Shown in pieces: positions 12,391 through 25,530 of a stretch of DNA of 55,081 nucleotides. The stretch is from Octopus bimaculoides. Lineage: Eukaryota. The stretch lies in NCBI RefSeq assembly GCF_001194135.2, contig NC_068985.1:650916-705996 (forward strand), in the 5' to 3' direction. The notes under the pieces are model-generated. The model was not told where the DNA came from. It ran no database searches and worked only from the letters and a program-made list of their open reading frames with translations. Made by a program: the position numbers and the translations under genes. Each line of letters starts with the position of its first letter. Positions within the stretch are counted from its first letter, which is position 1.

Positions 12391-12610
12391 CCAATGCCAG
12401 TACACCCTCACTGGCCCCCAACTGCTGATGGCATGTAAAAAGCACCCACTACACTCTCGGAGTGGTTGGTGTTAGGAAGGGCATCCAGCTGTAGAAACTC
12501 TGCCAGATCAGATTGGAGTCTGGTGCAGCCTACTGGCTTGTCAGTCCTCAGTCAAACTGTCCAACCCATGCCAGCATGGAAAATGGACGTTAATCGATGA
12601 TGATGATGAT
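12390..12610 (+). mobile_element. RTE-family 3' UTR with (GAT)n tail
   Basis: Homologous to 1-240. Confidence 0.8.
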
Positions 12611-13086
12611 ACATATATATACATATATATATATTCATACATTTCGTGAAGTGTTAAAGTAATTAAAACCTAAGTTAAAATATTTAATGCACTGATTGAT
12701 AGGAGACCAGTTCCACTTGAGTGGTGATCAATGCATTTGTTTATAGCTGGTTAACCAACCGTATCTTTTCCTCTTATTCCTTACTGCCTTCCATTTTGTT
12801 GATACAAGTGTGACTGATAACAAAGATAATCCAGGAACAGAATTAGTGATAAGTACTTATAGGATCAATTTTCCCCTCATGTATTTTTAATTATTAAGAT
12901 TGGAGATTTGTTGTGATAATTTATGAAAGGCGGAATAAGTCTGAATATATATTCTGAAATAAAACGTTCGAAGATATAGAACAGATTTTTTGTGAGAAGA
13001 GTTGATAAATAGTGGAGGGTGTGGCCATGTCAGGTGCTGTCAAATCCATTCTAATTCATATGGCACTGGGCAAGAATAACTGATTT

Positions 13087-13262
13087 CTTCTTTTACTTGC
13101 TTCCATCATTAGATTGGGACCAAGAATTTTACTCAAATGAATTGACACCCGGACTTATTTTTTTGTAAAACCTGGTACTTACTCTATCAGTCTCTTTTGC
13201 CAAACCATTAAGTTACAGGGATGTAAACACACCAACATTGGTTGTTGACCAGTGGTGGGACA
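13087..13262 (-). mobile_element. SINE 3' half
   Basis: Reverse complement of the SINE tail (CTCTATCAGTCTCTTTTGCC...GGGATGTAAACACACCAAC). Confidence 0.75.
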
Positions 13263-13269
13263 CACACAT

Positions 13270-13307
<38 letters not shown>

Positions 13308-14390
13308 GTATGGTGATGCAAACAGGGGAAAATATAACTCAAAATAGGAGTATATACTTGATAAGTGGTGATGCATGAAACACTTAGACCTTGAGACACT
13401 CCATTGCTTCTACTAAATATTAACCACTTTTCAACCACTTTATGGTGTGGAATGGATGCTTTTTATATGGCATCAGCACTGGTGGGGGTCACCAAGTAAT
13501 CTGGGGGATGGTGGCATTGGAAGAGGTGACTTTGTGCCAGGTGATGAGAGGTCAGAGTGTGACAGAGGGAAAGAAACAGGTGTCTTGGTCACCTCAGTTA
13601 GAGGGAGGGTGAGAGAGAGAAAGAGAGAGAGAGATTCAAAAACAGAGAAAACACCGGGTATTGTCCCCTCAGATACACTAAGTATGGAAACAAGGGAGGT
13701 TGAAATAAAATACTGTGATGTATATGTCTTTCTAGGAGTACATGTGAAGTGGTGAAAATGAATTCATTTCAGTTAGAGTAGCTTACTTGAAGTATCTGTT
13801 ACTTGACCACAACAACAGCCCGGCCTGCTGTTTCTCATCCTACTTTCACCATCATTTCCCTCAGCACATAAAACTAGAAGCAATTCACGAATGTCATATC
13901 AACAACAAGTATTTCCCATAAGTTATTCAAGAAGAAGCACCAGAAAACTACGGCAGGCAAATAAAGATTCGTCTGTTTCAGAATAAATAATCACCGACAA
14001 AAGGAAATGGTTCAGGAATAAATGAAGCATTCAACCGATTCGAAAATAGCTCTGATAAATATTAGAAGAAGTGGGAATCTGAAACATCATTCTATGAATG
14101 AGAAAAAAGGACCAAATACTGAAGACAATCAATGCCAACAATGTCTGTGAGCCATGAAACAAAAGAATTCGTGGAAAGCTACTTACAATTAGAAAAAAAA
14201 AATAAATAAAACACAAGTCATAAAATTTCAACCTCCAGAACTGCTATGGGAAATATTAGGGGTTTGACCAATATTTTGTGAATAAAATCTGATTAAAAGA
14301 AACTGTGCAGAAGCCTATTATATATATATATGTATACATACATACATATAAATATGCATACACGCATTATTTATGAGATGAACCCAATAC

Positions 14391-16150
14391 TTAAATGATA
14401 AATTTCTGCAAAGTTTCACAGATTTTTACAGTTGCAGTGATGGCTTGGATCTGTAGTCTTTGAATCAGCTTTCTCCTTTCAGGTTTTGAGAAGCCTAATT
14501 TATCAAGATTGGTATTTAGGCAGTGTGTTACAAATCCCAGGGCCCCAATAATTACTGGTATAAACCTGAACTTGTAATCTGGATAGAGTAACTGCAGATT
14601 TCTCAATAGTTCAGTATAAGTGTTTTCTTTTTCACTGATCTTCAGCTTTATGTTACCATCCACTGAGCATCTAATTTCCACAATTGTGCACAGTTTCTCC
14701 TCTCTGTCCCAATTCATTATATCAGGTCTGTTGTGTTTACATTTCATTGAGGTCTTCACTGGTACATTCCACCAGTATACCGTGATGACATTCTTGGACA
14801 ACTGCTTATGATGTGGGTAATGTGTTCAGTGTGAACTCCACAAAGTCAGCATCGGTTGTCATATTTTATGGCTTTTCCTGCATCTCTATCCCTTTTGTGC
14901 ATCAGGTATTTGGTTGATATTGTCTGTTCCTGGATTGCAAACACATACCCTTCAAAGTGTGTGTGTGTGTGTATGTGTGTGTGTGTGTGTGTGCATGTAT
15001 AATCCCACATTTTAAAATTTTTGTTTGATTAAATAAATAAGATTATAATTTACTAGACCGTATCTCACATACACACCTTCAAAGACAAATGGAATTAGAA
15101 TCGTTTTACTTGCAGATCAGGAATGGATTTAAATTTAGAAGTTTCCCATCTGCTGTATGGCTGTTGATAGTAGAATTATCAGTTCAATATATCTTGAATT
15201 TCCCCTGCTGGGCTTTTAGTGATATCCCCCACTGGTTGTTGCTTGTGAGTGGGCTGCCAATTTATATGCAGATGACCCAACCGTGAGTACTACAGCTTGT
15301 ACAGGATTACATGTTACCAGTAGCACTCATTCATGACCCCTATGCATGTCTGCAGTTATCACTATTTTCTGGAGAAAAGATTGAAAAATTTGTGAGAATT
15401 ATTATGGAATACCACTTGTTGATTGTATTAAGAATATTTGCAAGAATCTTTCTAAATCATCTCCATTTTATTGCAGAGAAAGTTTTTTCCTAATCCCAAA
15501 GCAGTTTCTGGGCCTCTCATGGAATGATTAAAATGAATTTTCTGTGCCAGACAACAGCAAGAGAACAGCTGGAAAACAACAAAAAACAATCTTTCTTGTC
15601 TTCTACAAGATGGAAAAGACTTTTAGTGATGTATTAAGTGAAGCAACAAAGATAGTTTGTCAATGCTTTGGTTGCCCAAGCTATTTACTTGCACTGGTTC
15701 AAGAATTATATCATGATAGCATGTTAGGATGTTTTTTTGTTTCCATTGAAACAAACTTTCTGAACAATTCCTGATTAGATGTGGATTGAAGAAGGATTGC
15801 TGTTCTTACACTTATGTTTTTCTTATACTTCTCTGCAAGAAAATCCAGGGATTGACATCAGATTGTAGACCGTCTAACATAGATTTTAAAGAGAATCACT
15901 CCAAACCACTGCTCCACAATCTCAGAAATTCCTTCCATAATGATTTAAGTAACTGTATGACTTCTCTGGCAATATATGTCTATTTATTTTAATTAGGGAA
16001 ATGACTGATTGGATGTTCAGAATAGAATCCATTCTAAGCTGTGCACAGTGACATCCCCGTGGAAGCTTCATGTCAAGGATCCATTGCCAGTTATCCTTAA
16101 CCGAAAAAATGTTCATATTACGAAATCTTTCGAAGTGTTAGGCCAGAACT
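14391..16150 (-). mobile_element. decayed non-LTR retrotransposon with CCHC knuckle and restriction-like endonuclease (R4/NeSL/CRE group)
   Basis: FEGYVFAIQEQTISTKYL, C*LC..HTEHITHIISSC (CCHC), then KHNRPDI..CTIVEI..EKENTY..IPVIIGALG (PD-(D/E)xK RLE). Weaker RT-end remnants extend to about 16150. Confidence 0.8.
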
Positions 16151-17440
16151 ATTCAAATAAATCCTAGCAAACATACAGCTTGATATCTTTGGTCTTGTAT
16201 AAACCACCTTAACCAATATAAGATTGTTTTTGACTTAGAGTTGGGCAGACCATACTGAGAAGCTTCCTTCATTAATTTTTCTAAACACTTTTCTGAAGAA
16301 GAACTCTCATCACTACCATTTGAGCTGTATGCCCATTCTTCCTACTATTTTGGCTATTATCTCATTAATCTATCAACACTAATCCCTTTAACTCTATCTT
16401 TGATTCTCGTTGCTTCACCTGAGGTCACCTTTATTAAGTTTTTATCAGTTCCACTTTATTTTACCATCCCCGCTTTTAATCTCATTTTTAATCCTATTTT
16501 TAAGAGCTATTTTGATTTCTTAAAAAGAATCTGTATTTTATAAGTTTATGAATTTACATTTACAAATAAATTTTTATATATTTATAATTTTTTACCATGT
16601 TTTCTTTCACGTATTTTTTACATAGATATTTTTTGTGAGATAAAAAAGTTTTCCAAAAAGCATTTTATTTATCACTTTTACAATCATCTATGTCACCTTT
16701 TAAGAATCATCAGCTAATTCCATTTATTTCCTATCTTTCCTGCACAGTTCATTAATTACCCATTGACTTAATGTAACACATCATACTTTCATGTTTTCTA
16801 ATATGCATCGTTCTATCAGTATCACATTAGAATATGGTTTAGTTATTCATTGAGCGTGCACCAGTGTAAAGGAGCGTATGCGAAGGTGTGTGCACACACA
16901 TGCACGTGGCTGTAGAACAGAATCAAAATGTGAATATGAAGAATAAGGAGATATTTTTATTATTTTGCAAATTTGTATTTTATCAGTTTTTATAGTTTTA
17001 TATTTCTATGAATTTATGATTTTAATCACGTTTTAAATCTGTTTTTCAATGGACAAAGAAAGATTTTTTTTTAAGGACCATATGTTTTTAGCAACAAAGT
17101 AAAAAAACTTTATTTACCAAACAATCAAACAGAAAATAGAAAGATAGGAGGATTCCTTCCTCGCTGTGTCAAATTAGGACCCAGGATTATTTTCAAGCAT
17201 TTTGCAATTTTTACTTTTTTTTTTTAGAGAAGAAGCTATTTTGACTGGTTGTACTTATTCCAGCACTCACTGCCATCCGAAGATTAGAAATGGAAAACGA
17301 GGAGAAATGGTTTGCAAAATTTTCACTTTACCATATATGAAAAAATTAAAACTCTGCAAGACACATTCTAAACTCATTTTTTACCTTCTTGTTCTTATCA
17401 TTCTTTAGGTATGATACTTGATATCTTATATGTAGATATT

Positions 17441-17442
17441 TG

Positions 17443-17486
<44 letters not shown>

Positions 17487-17526
17487 CCTATCTATCTATC
17501 TATCTATCTATCTATCTGTCTATCTG

Positions 17527-17574
<48 letters not shown>

Positions 17575-17575
17575 G
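17441..17575. repeat. (TCTA)n tetranucleotide repeat
   Basis: Long TCTA array with a few TCTG/CCTA variants. Confidence 0.95.
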
Positions 17576-19695
17576 CTGTCTGTCTGTCTGTGTATTTGTA
17601 TCCATGTCTGCAGTATTGTTTGTGATGTAAAGACTGATGTGATGTTCTGTAACTAATCAGTTCAACAAACAGAGATTGACAAGTGCAAGATTGAAAGAAG
17701 CCCTGGGTGTTGCAATGATCTTTAAACTTTTGCAAGTGATGCTCTAGTATGGTCACAACCCAATGACCGAAAGCAATGAAAGAATAATATATTTGTTCTG
17801 ACAGGACTAGGATCCAAAGTATTGCAATTCTGAGCATCATCTTTTTTTCCAGAGGAATTGAAGACTGCATCATCCAATAAATCTTTCCCTGATTTTCTTA
17901 AGATAATGAGATAGGATTTTGAGGATGAAGGGTTGATTGCTATTTCTAGCTGTTCAAATAATTGCATATAGATTCCCTCATCAGATTAATTATATGTTGT
18001 TTATATAGCAATGTTTTTCCACCAAGCAATAACAATGCCCTGGATTTATGATATCAGCCATAGTATCACCATCTTTGCTCTAAACTTGAAATTCAGCACT
18101 AATACCTCAATCTGACTAAAAGGATATTGTTGGAATTGGTAATCTGACAGGATTCCTGTTACTGCTCTCACAGCAACATCCCAATCACCAGTGTTGTGAT
18201 GAACCACACTGACTGCAGTTTCAATAATAATGCTCCGCTGCGACCATAACTGCTGTCATTTGTCACGAGCGCTGACAACTTGATTGCTACTAATTTATTG
18301 TTGTACTAATCACAGATTCAACATTGGTATCGTCAGTGAAACTCTGACTATACATTTTAATGTTAGTCTCATTGAAATACTAACAACTAAATCAGAATTG
18401 AATCATGTTTGGATTGACTATTTTTTCAGTGCCATCTTGTTGCATGTTAATTCAGTCTTCCTTACAAGCTCCATGTATTCTCTTCTTACACATTGATGAT
18501 GGCAGGATTTTGTTGTATAAATGCCTCCTTGACCATAATTGTTGCTTATATTTCATTTCTATTCCTATCAAAGATCAGTAGCAATCATAATTTCACTACA
18601 ACACTGACCCTAGTTTTGGGGTGGGGCTCACAGAGACTAAGTTTAATAAAAAGAAGGAAATAATGCCAGCTGAATAGTGACAATAATTCTCAATGTTAGA
18701 CCAGACTCTATAGATGAAGACTAATGAGTTTTTCCCTCATCACTCCATCACTATATAACTGAATCACGGCACTGCTTCATCTCATAATCACCTTCTCACT
18801 GTACCGTTCTGTAGTAGCACTGTGTGCTCTCCCTAACAGATAATATATGGCATCAAGAGACTTTCTCAGATATCTCACTTGCAAAAGAAAAAATATTCAA
18901 CTTAATCAAAACCAAAGCAATCACCAAAGTGAAATTATTTTCATATTTCAATCTTTGTTAAGTTAATTAAAATGCAGACCATCTTGTCAATGATTAAGTT
19001 AATTAAAACACAGATCAACTTGCCACTGATTAAGTGACAGAAGATGAAAGAAATAAAGCATTTAATTAATCCCGTTGTTTTGGTGTATAATTGTTGACAG
19101 AAAATTTTGTCTCCAAGAAACCTTATTATCTCTCATGAAAATGGTATTAGAGAACAAGGGTGCTCATTGGTTAAAGAGGTGTCTTTTATGAAGAATGTGC
19201 TGCAAGAGAGAAGCTGTATTGTTAATGATCAAATTGATTGAATGATGATGATAGTTTGTTTCGTATCATTGTAATGATGCTTAATTATTTATGATATGGC
19301 TTACATCAACTTACAGAAAAATACTTTCGCGAATTATGGTTCATCATAAGACATACGGGAAGCTGAAGAATAATGTTGAGTCATTTGCAATTTTGTAAGC
19401 TTTCTCATGGGTTTGGTGAAGATAAGAAGAACACACTCCTGGATCTGTTTTGGAAATGAAATCTTCAGTAGTTCTTCATTAGATGAATGGAGCATGTGAC
19501 TTTATAAACTAATGCATGAAGGAAGAAGACACAGAGAAGAAAATGGGATATCTAGAAAGAGAGAGAGAGAAAGAAAGAGAGAGAGAAAGAAAGAGAGAGA
19601 AGCACAGGAAGAGAGAGGTAGGCAATGTGTTTTGGATATGGGACAGAAAATGGCATAGAATCATTATCTTTCATTTAAAATCATTTGTAATAATA

Positions 19696-19993
19696 GAAAA
19701 TAGTATGAGAGATAAGTCAAAAGATAAGAAGAAAATAGTATGAGAGATAAGTCAAAAGATAAGAAGAAAATAGTATGAGAGATAAGTCAAAAGATAAGAA
19801 GAAAATAGTATGAGAGATAAGTCAAAAGATAAGAAGAAAATAGTATGAGAGATAAGTCAAAAGATAAGAAGAAAATAGTATGAGAGATAAGTCAAAAGAT
19901 AAGAAGAAAATAGTATGAGAGATAAGTCAAAAGATAAGAAGAAAATAGTATGAGAGATAAGTCAAAAGATAAGAAGAAAATAGTATGAGAGAT
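19696..19993. repeat. 35-bp minisatellite, 8 full copies plus an 18-bp partial
   Basis: Unit GAAAATAGTATGAGAGATAAGTCAAAAGATAAGAA, with no spacers. Confidence 0.95.
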
Positions 19994-20238
19994 GACTCAA
20001 AGTCGTGTATCAATGACAGAAAATGAAATTTCTTCCATTTTAAAAATATTTTTTGCTGTATAATTTACTGAAGCATTAAGTTATATATTTCTCAAGTTCA
20101 TTATTGAAAAAGCATTGCAATTACTGTAACATAATTAGCATGATATGAAATGTATCACGCCTAATTTTTTCTGTATAAGCTAGACTATATTTACCAGTAT
20201 AATTAATTGTAATTACCATATCACTGGGTGGTACTTAC

Positions 20239-20298
20239 CAGTACACATCAACAGTTGATGTAAACTGTGTAATGGTGAAACAATATAACCAGTTTCGT
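20239..20298 (-). other. candidate 60-bp exon of an unknown host transcript
   Basis: Acceptor ttgtctttcaactctttacAG, donor CTG|gtaagt. Two open frames (RNWLYCFTITQFTSTVDVY or ETGYIVSPLHSLHQLLMCT). Confidence 0.55.
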
Positions 20299-20499
20299 CT
20301 GTAAAGAGTTGAAAGACAATACTTCTTAACGCAATAACCTAATAGTCATTGTTTGCTATTTCCATCAGTAACTGGAATGATTCGATAAAAGTCAGATCAT
20401 AATTTCACTTGGTAGGGCAGCTGAAGTTAATTTCCATACAGGTCTTGTGGAATACAATCGAATGGAATTGGTTTTGAAATTCTTTGTTAATTTGTGAGA

Positions 20500-21144
20500 A
20501 AATATCTTCCAGAAAAACAAATATGTTGCAACATTCAAATTAAAAGTTCCTGAAACCACTAAGATAAATAATCATGTAGCAGCAAGGACATTTAAGATTT
20601 CAGAGAAACTTCTGAGTGACTGGCAAAAAATATTGAACAAAAAGCAGGAAATACAAAAAAAGAAGCATTGTGACAGAGGCCAGTCTTGCAAATGGCCAGA
20701 ATTGGTGAAGAAAGTTGCTGATTGATATTTAGAAATGGTCAAGATGCAAAAAAGAATAACTCTTGGATACTTTTAAATCTATGAGGAAAACGAATCAAAG
20801 AAAGTTGGAATTTTAGATTTAAAGATAAGCAGCACTAAACTGTATTCAAGATTGATGAGATGGTATGGTTTAGCACTTTTTCAGAGAATGAATTTTGGAC
20901 AAAATTAGTGAGAAGATGGCTGTAAGTATTGGAAACGTGGGCAAAACACTTTAATCTTGACAGGCCAAAGAAATGAACAATGAACTAAATAGGAAAGAAG
21001 ACACTTCCTGTAAAAGGTACATGTCTTGATAAAAGCAGATTATCTTTTTGTATAATGCTCTTATTAGATGTTAATACAGTATTTAATGACAAAATAAAGA
21101 TGGAATGGAGTAATTGTATATATGATGGAGGCAGTGTGTTGGCT

Positions 21145-21150
<6 letters not shown>
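20500..21150 (+). mobile_element. pogo/Tigger-type transposase relic (HTH DNA-binding region, start of DDE)
   Basis: 20516 onward reads NKYVATFKLKV...NHVAARTFKISEKLLSDWQK...RGQSCKWPELVKKVAD*, matching the pogo N-terminus (FKLKV..AAR.F..EK..DW.K, WPEL). Confidence 0.7.
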
Positions 21151-21204
<54 letters not shown>

Positions 21205-21253
21205 GTATCTATAGATCATCATATATATATATATATACATACATATATGTATG

Positions 21254-21284
<31 letters not shown>

Positions 21285-22019
21285 GTGTGTGTGTACACAG
21301 GCATGGCTGTGTAGCACGAAGCTCACTTCCCAACTATATGTTTCTGGGTTCAACCTCACTGCCTGCCTCAGTTGCTATGACATTGAGGTAGATCCAGCCA
21401 CCCCCGTTAATGTCGACAAAACCCAGATTTAAAACAGTCGATGATGATGATGATGATGATGAATAAATGTAAGGAGAAAGAGCAAGTTAGGCAAGTTGGT
21501 ATACAAAGAATATTAAATACATTTGATACAAAAAATGTACATATGCTTACATATAAAAAGGTCCGACTTACACAGAATAGAAATGATATCAGGAATTAAA
21601 GGGGTTGAAGAAAAGTTTTATGAGTCCAACAGCTGTTTCTGGGGGATTAGGATCATTAAGCTACATTCTATCAACACCTCAAATGTAAAATTCTTCCCTG
21701 AAGATGGAGGCTGATATTATCCAATGATGGAATCAAGTTAAAATCATTATTTTGGACCACCAAGTCCCCAGAAACAATTGTTGGACTCGTAAAACTCTTA
21801 TTCAACTCCCTTTAATTCCTGATATCATTTCTATTCTGTGTAAATTGGACATCTTTTCATAAGTAAACATGTGTACATTCTTGGTATTAAATGTATTTTT
21901 TGTACATCGATTTGCCTAACTTGCTCATACTTACATTTACTCCTCTACTTGCTCAAGTGCACTTGAGCACTACAAAGTGCATTCTATACAGTGAATACCT
22001 GTCTCTAATCTACTAACTA

Positions 22020-22215
22020 TATATGTGTGTGTGTATGTGTATGTCTCCCATTACTGCTTGACAACCAGTGTTGGTGTGTTTACATTCCTGCAATTTATTG
22101 GTTTGTCAAAGGAGACCAACAGAATAAGTACAAGGTCATCTGACCCAAAATTCTTTGAGGTGGTGCACCAGCATGGCCACAATCTTATGGCTGAAACGAG
22201 TAAAAAAGAAAAGAT
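22020..22215 (+). mobile_element. SINE 3' half
   Basis: GCTTGACAACCAGTGTTGGTGTGTTTACAT...CCAGCATGGCCACA...GAAACGAGTAAAA. Confidence 0.75.
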
Positions 22216-22285
22216 AAAAGGTGCATATATATATATACATACATACACACACACACACACACATATATATATACACACATGTATG

Positions 22286-22331
<46 letters not shown>

Positions 22332-22339
22332 ACATTGGG

Positions 22340-22580
22340 CTGTAAATGGATTGTTACTTCAAGGCGAAACAACAAAACTGAACATATGGCATAAAACATA
22401 GATATTTGTGGCTTGATGATAATGAAGAAGCACCGGATGATGTGTAAATTATAATTAAGTTCAGTGACGAGGAAGAAGACCTGCACAATGATCTCATTCA
22501 CCCCTATTATTATGAAAGTTTATTCAGAACTGGAGATGATGAATACTGTGATTTTGCTGGATTTTCAAGGATCTTCAATT
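22340..22580 (+). mobile_element. probable pogo transposase acidic C-terminus
   Basis: FRTGDDEYCDFAGF resembles the D/E-rich ..F.GF ending of pogo-like transposases. Confidence 0.35.
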
Positions 22581-22764
22581 AAAAATATTCAATATTTACG
22601 ATGTAATTGTAATTTAAATCAATATTAAATTTTTATTTCTGTTTTGCAGGCATAAGTAAAACTTAGATTCATTCCCTGTATTTGTCACTTTTGATCTTTA
22701 ATTAACATCTTTAACTGAATTGAATTACCTGATATTTGAAATACAAATTCAACCTTAATATGTT

Positions 22765-22798
<34 letters not shown>

Positions 22799-22849
22799 AG
22801 TTAAGAAAGTTACTCATTCCAGCAGGAGCATGTGTAAATTTTCATAAGG

Positions 22850-23650
22850 GCTACAGGAATACACTTACTTAGGGAGGTAAGAGACGACTGCACTGGTATG
22901 GTCATGTGCTGTGTATGGATGAGGAGAGGTGTGTGAAAAAGTGTCACACCCTAACAGTGGAAGGAACCTATAGAAGAGGGAGACCCAGGAAGACCTGGGA
23001 TGTTGTGGTGAAGCATGACCTTTGAATGTTGAGCCTCACAGAGGCAATGACAAGACTGAGACCTCTGGAGATATGCTATGATTGAGAAGACCCAACAACT
23101 GAAGTGAGATCACAGTCGTAGCCTATACCAGTGTCGCATAACCAGTCCATTTTAAAAGTACCTTTGAATCATGAGTCAAGTAAAATCAAAATCAAAAATC
23201 AAAATCAAAATTAAAAGTAAATCAAGATCGAAATCAAAATGGAAATTGTAGTTGTGACCGATGCCAGTGTGGCCTGACTGGCACCTGTGCTGGTGGTGTG
23301 TAATAAACATCTGAATGTGGTCGATGCCAGTCCCTCCTCGACTGGCTCCTGTACTGTTAGCACAGAAAAAGTACCATCCGAATGTGGCCGATGCCAGTGC
23401 CGCCTGACTGGCTCCCGTGCTGGTGGCACATAGAAAGCACCCACTACACTCTTGTAGTGGTTGGCGTTAGGAAGGGCACCCAGCTGTAGAAACCTTGCCA
23501 GGTCAGATTGGAGCCTGGTGCAGCCAACTGGCTTTCCAGACCCCAGTCAAACCGTCCAACTCATGCCAGCATGGAAAACGAATGTTAAACGATGAGGATG
23601 ATGACGATGATGATGATGATGATGAAGATGATGATGATGATGGTGATGAT
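22850..23650 (+). mobile_element. RTE LINE 3' end with triplicated UTR module and (GAT)n tail
   Basis: RRLHWYGHV...GRPRKTWD coding tail, (TCAAAA)n stretch, three CGATGCCAGT modules, family UTR. Confidence 0.85.
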
Positions 23651-23826
23651 ATATACATAAACAAACTAGTTAGTTAGAAAATCTCTATAAGAGATGAAAG
23701 TAGTACCTATACTGATAATCAGCTGGAGGACGTTTCTTCTTAGGGTTAAAAATGGTAGTAACATTAGCTTGTACAGAACAGCCATGTTGAAGTGGTGACA
23801 AACATTACTTCACATCATCATCATCA

Positions 23827-23871
<45 letters not shown>

Positions 23872-25114
23872 CATGTATGTAAAGTCATAGCACCAAGTTT
23901 ATGACATGTTTGAATTGTTGTGCTCAGTCACTGAAAAAAACATCTGACTTTTGAGGAATTTAGATTCTGCTGCCAAGTTCATGTATTTCTACCTATATAT
24001 GGCTCCTAGCACGTATTTAAACTCAGCACTTTATATTCCGTGTGTAGAGTGTTTCAATACATTTTCCTACCATTTTTCTTTGACAGGAATAAAGTAGTTT
24101 ACTGCTTGATTCCATTGTCTGTCTCAAACTAATTTATATATTAACAAATTGTATAGATTGTATGGTTAAACAAGTTACTCTGCTGATAAAACAAACGGTC
24201 CCTCATACATTTAAATGTCCTGCAAAGTAATCTGAGGTAACTAATTCTATACTTTCTTTAAGTGGCATATTTTAGGTAAACAGTTCCCAGGCATAAAGCC
24301 ATAGCCTTGACTACCTGTTGAGTTGTTGTGCACTCTCCATGTTTAAATATCTTGTTTTAAAGAATTGAAAATTATACTTCCTAATTCATGTGTGTGTATA
24401 TACAATACACACATACACGCACACACACACACGCACACACACACACACACGCACGCACGCACACAGACATAGCACTGCCAACCAAAATGTGTCTGTATCA
24501 TTAAATAATGTTTGATAAAAAAAAAGTCCTATGAATCAATCAATGAAAGAAAACCAATTATTGATTACTGATCTCTTCTTTTACAGTTTATTATCACCAA
24601 TTATAGTCTTGAAGAAAAAATGATCACATCTATAACTTTGGTCACTCAACTTTTATGACAAGAATTAAGAGATTCCTTAGAATATTTCTTTACCACAGAC
24701 TTTAACGAACATTATCTATATATATATATTTTCTTTTTTCTATTAAGAATTCTAAAGCTTTTGGTAATATGATGTATTTGTAAAGCCATACGGGGAAACT
24801 TGAAAAGTTACAATGCACAGTGGTTATTTATTGGGCCTCTTATCTACTACTTTGATGATAACTTCTGTTGATGATTGGATATCATGGAAATATATGTCAT
24901 TACGGTCCATAGATTTTATTGCTAGTTCTAATTTTTGTCAGTTGGGCAACATCTTCTTGCTAACTGGTTAGTTTAACTTGCATCATTCTCCGAGTGCATA
25001 TCTCTCGGCTGTCTCATCCATTGGCAAGAGAATGCACTCGTTTAAGCTAAACACCATAGTTTAACCATATTAAATACAGTTATCTCTGTGTATGCATGGG
25101 TGAGTGTGTGTGAA

Positions 25115-25530
25115 TGCATCATCATCATCATCATAACCATCGCCATCGCCATCGTAATTTAATGCCTGTTTTCCATACTAGCATGCATTGGACAGTTTAA
25201 CAGGAGCCAGCAAGCCAAAGAGCTGCACCTGGCTCCAGTTGTCTGTTTTGGAATAATTCTTTTTTCTGCTGGACTCCCTTCCTAATATGCCAACCCCTTT
25301 ACAGATTGTACTAGGTGCTTCTTATGTGGCGCTTGCAAGGATGTGGCACACAACCATTTTCTGTGCTGCTATTGATTGGATGGTTTGATAGGATGGTTTG
25401 GCTGTATTGTACTCCATGTCAGTTTTGGCTGGTTTCTATGGCTGGATGTCCTTTCTAATGCCAACCACTTTACAGTGTGTCTGGGGTGCTTCTGTTTTGT
25501 GCCAGCAGCACCACTGAGGTGGTTAAGCAA
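25115..25530 (-). mobile_element. decayed RTE-family 3' UTR
   Basis: (CAT)n, TTTTCCATACTAGCATGC, GCTGGATGTCCTTTCTAATGCCAACCAC. Confidence 0.7.

Noticed and set aside
17228-17408. Plus-strand exon candidate (strong acceptor, TAG|gtatga donor)
   Set aside because: All three frames are closed, and no linked plus-strand exons were found.
19696-19993. CRISPR-like regular repeats (also 30929-31512 and 47710-47864)
   Set aside because: Head-to-tail with no unique spacers, no cas genes, eukaryotic context.
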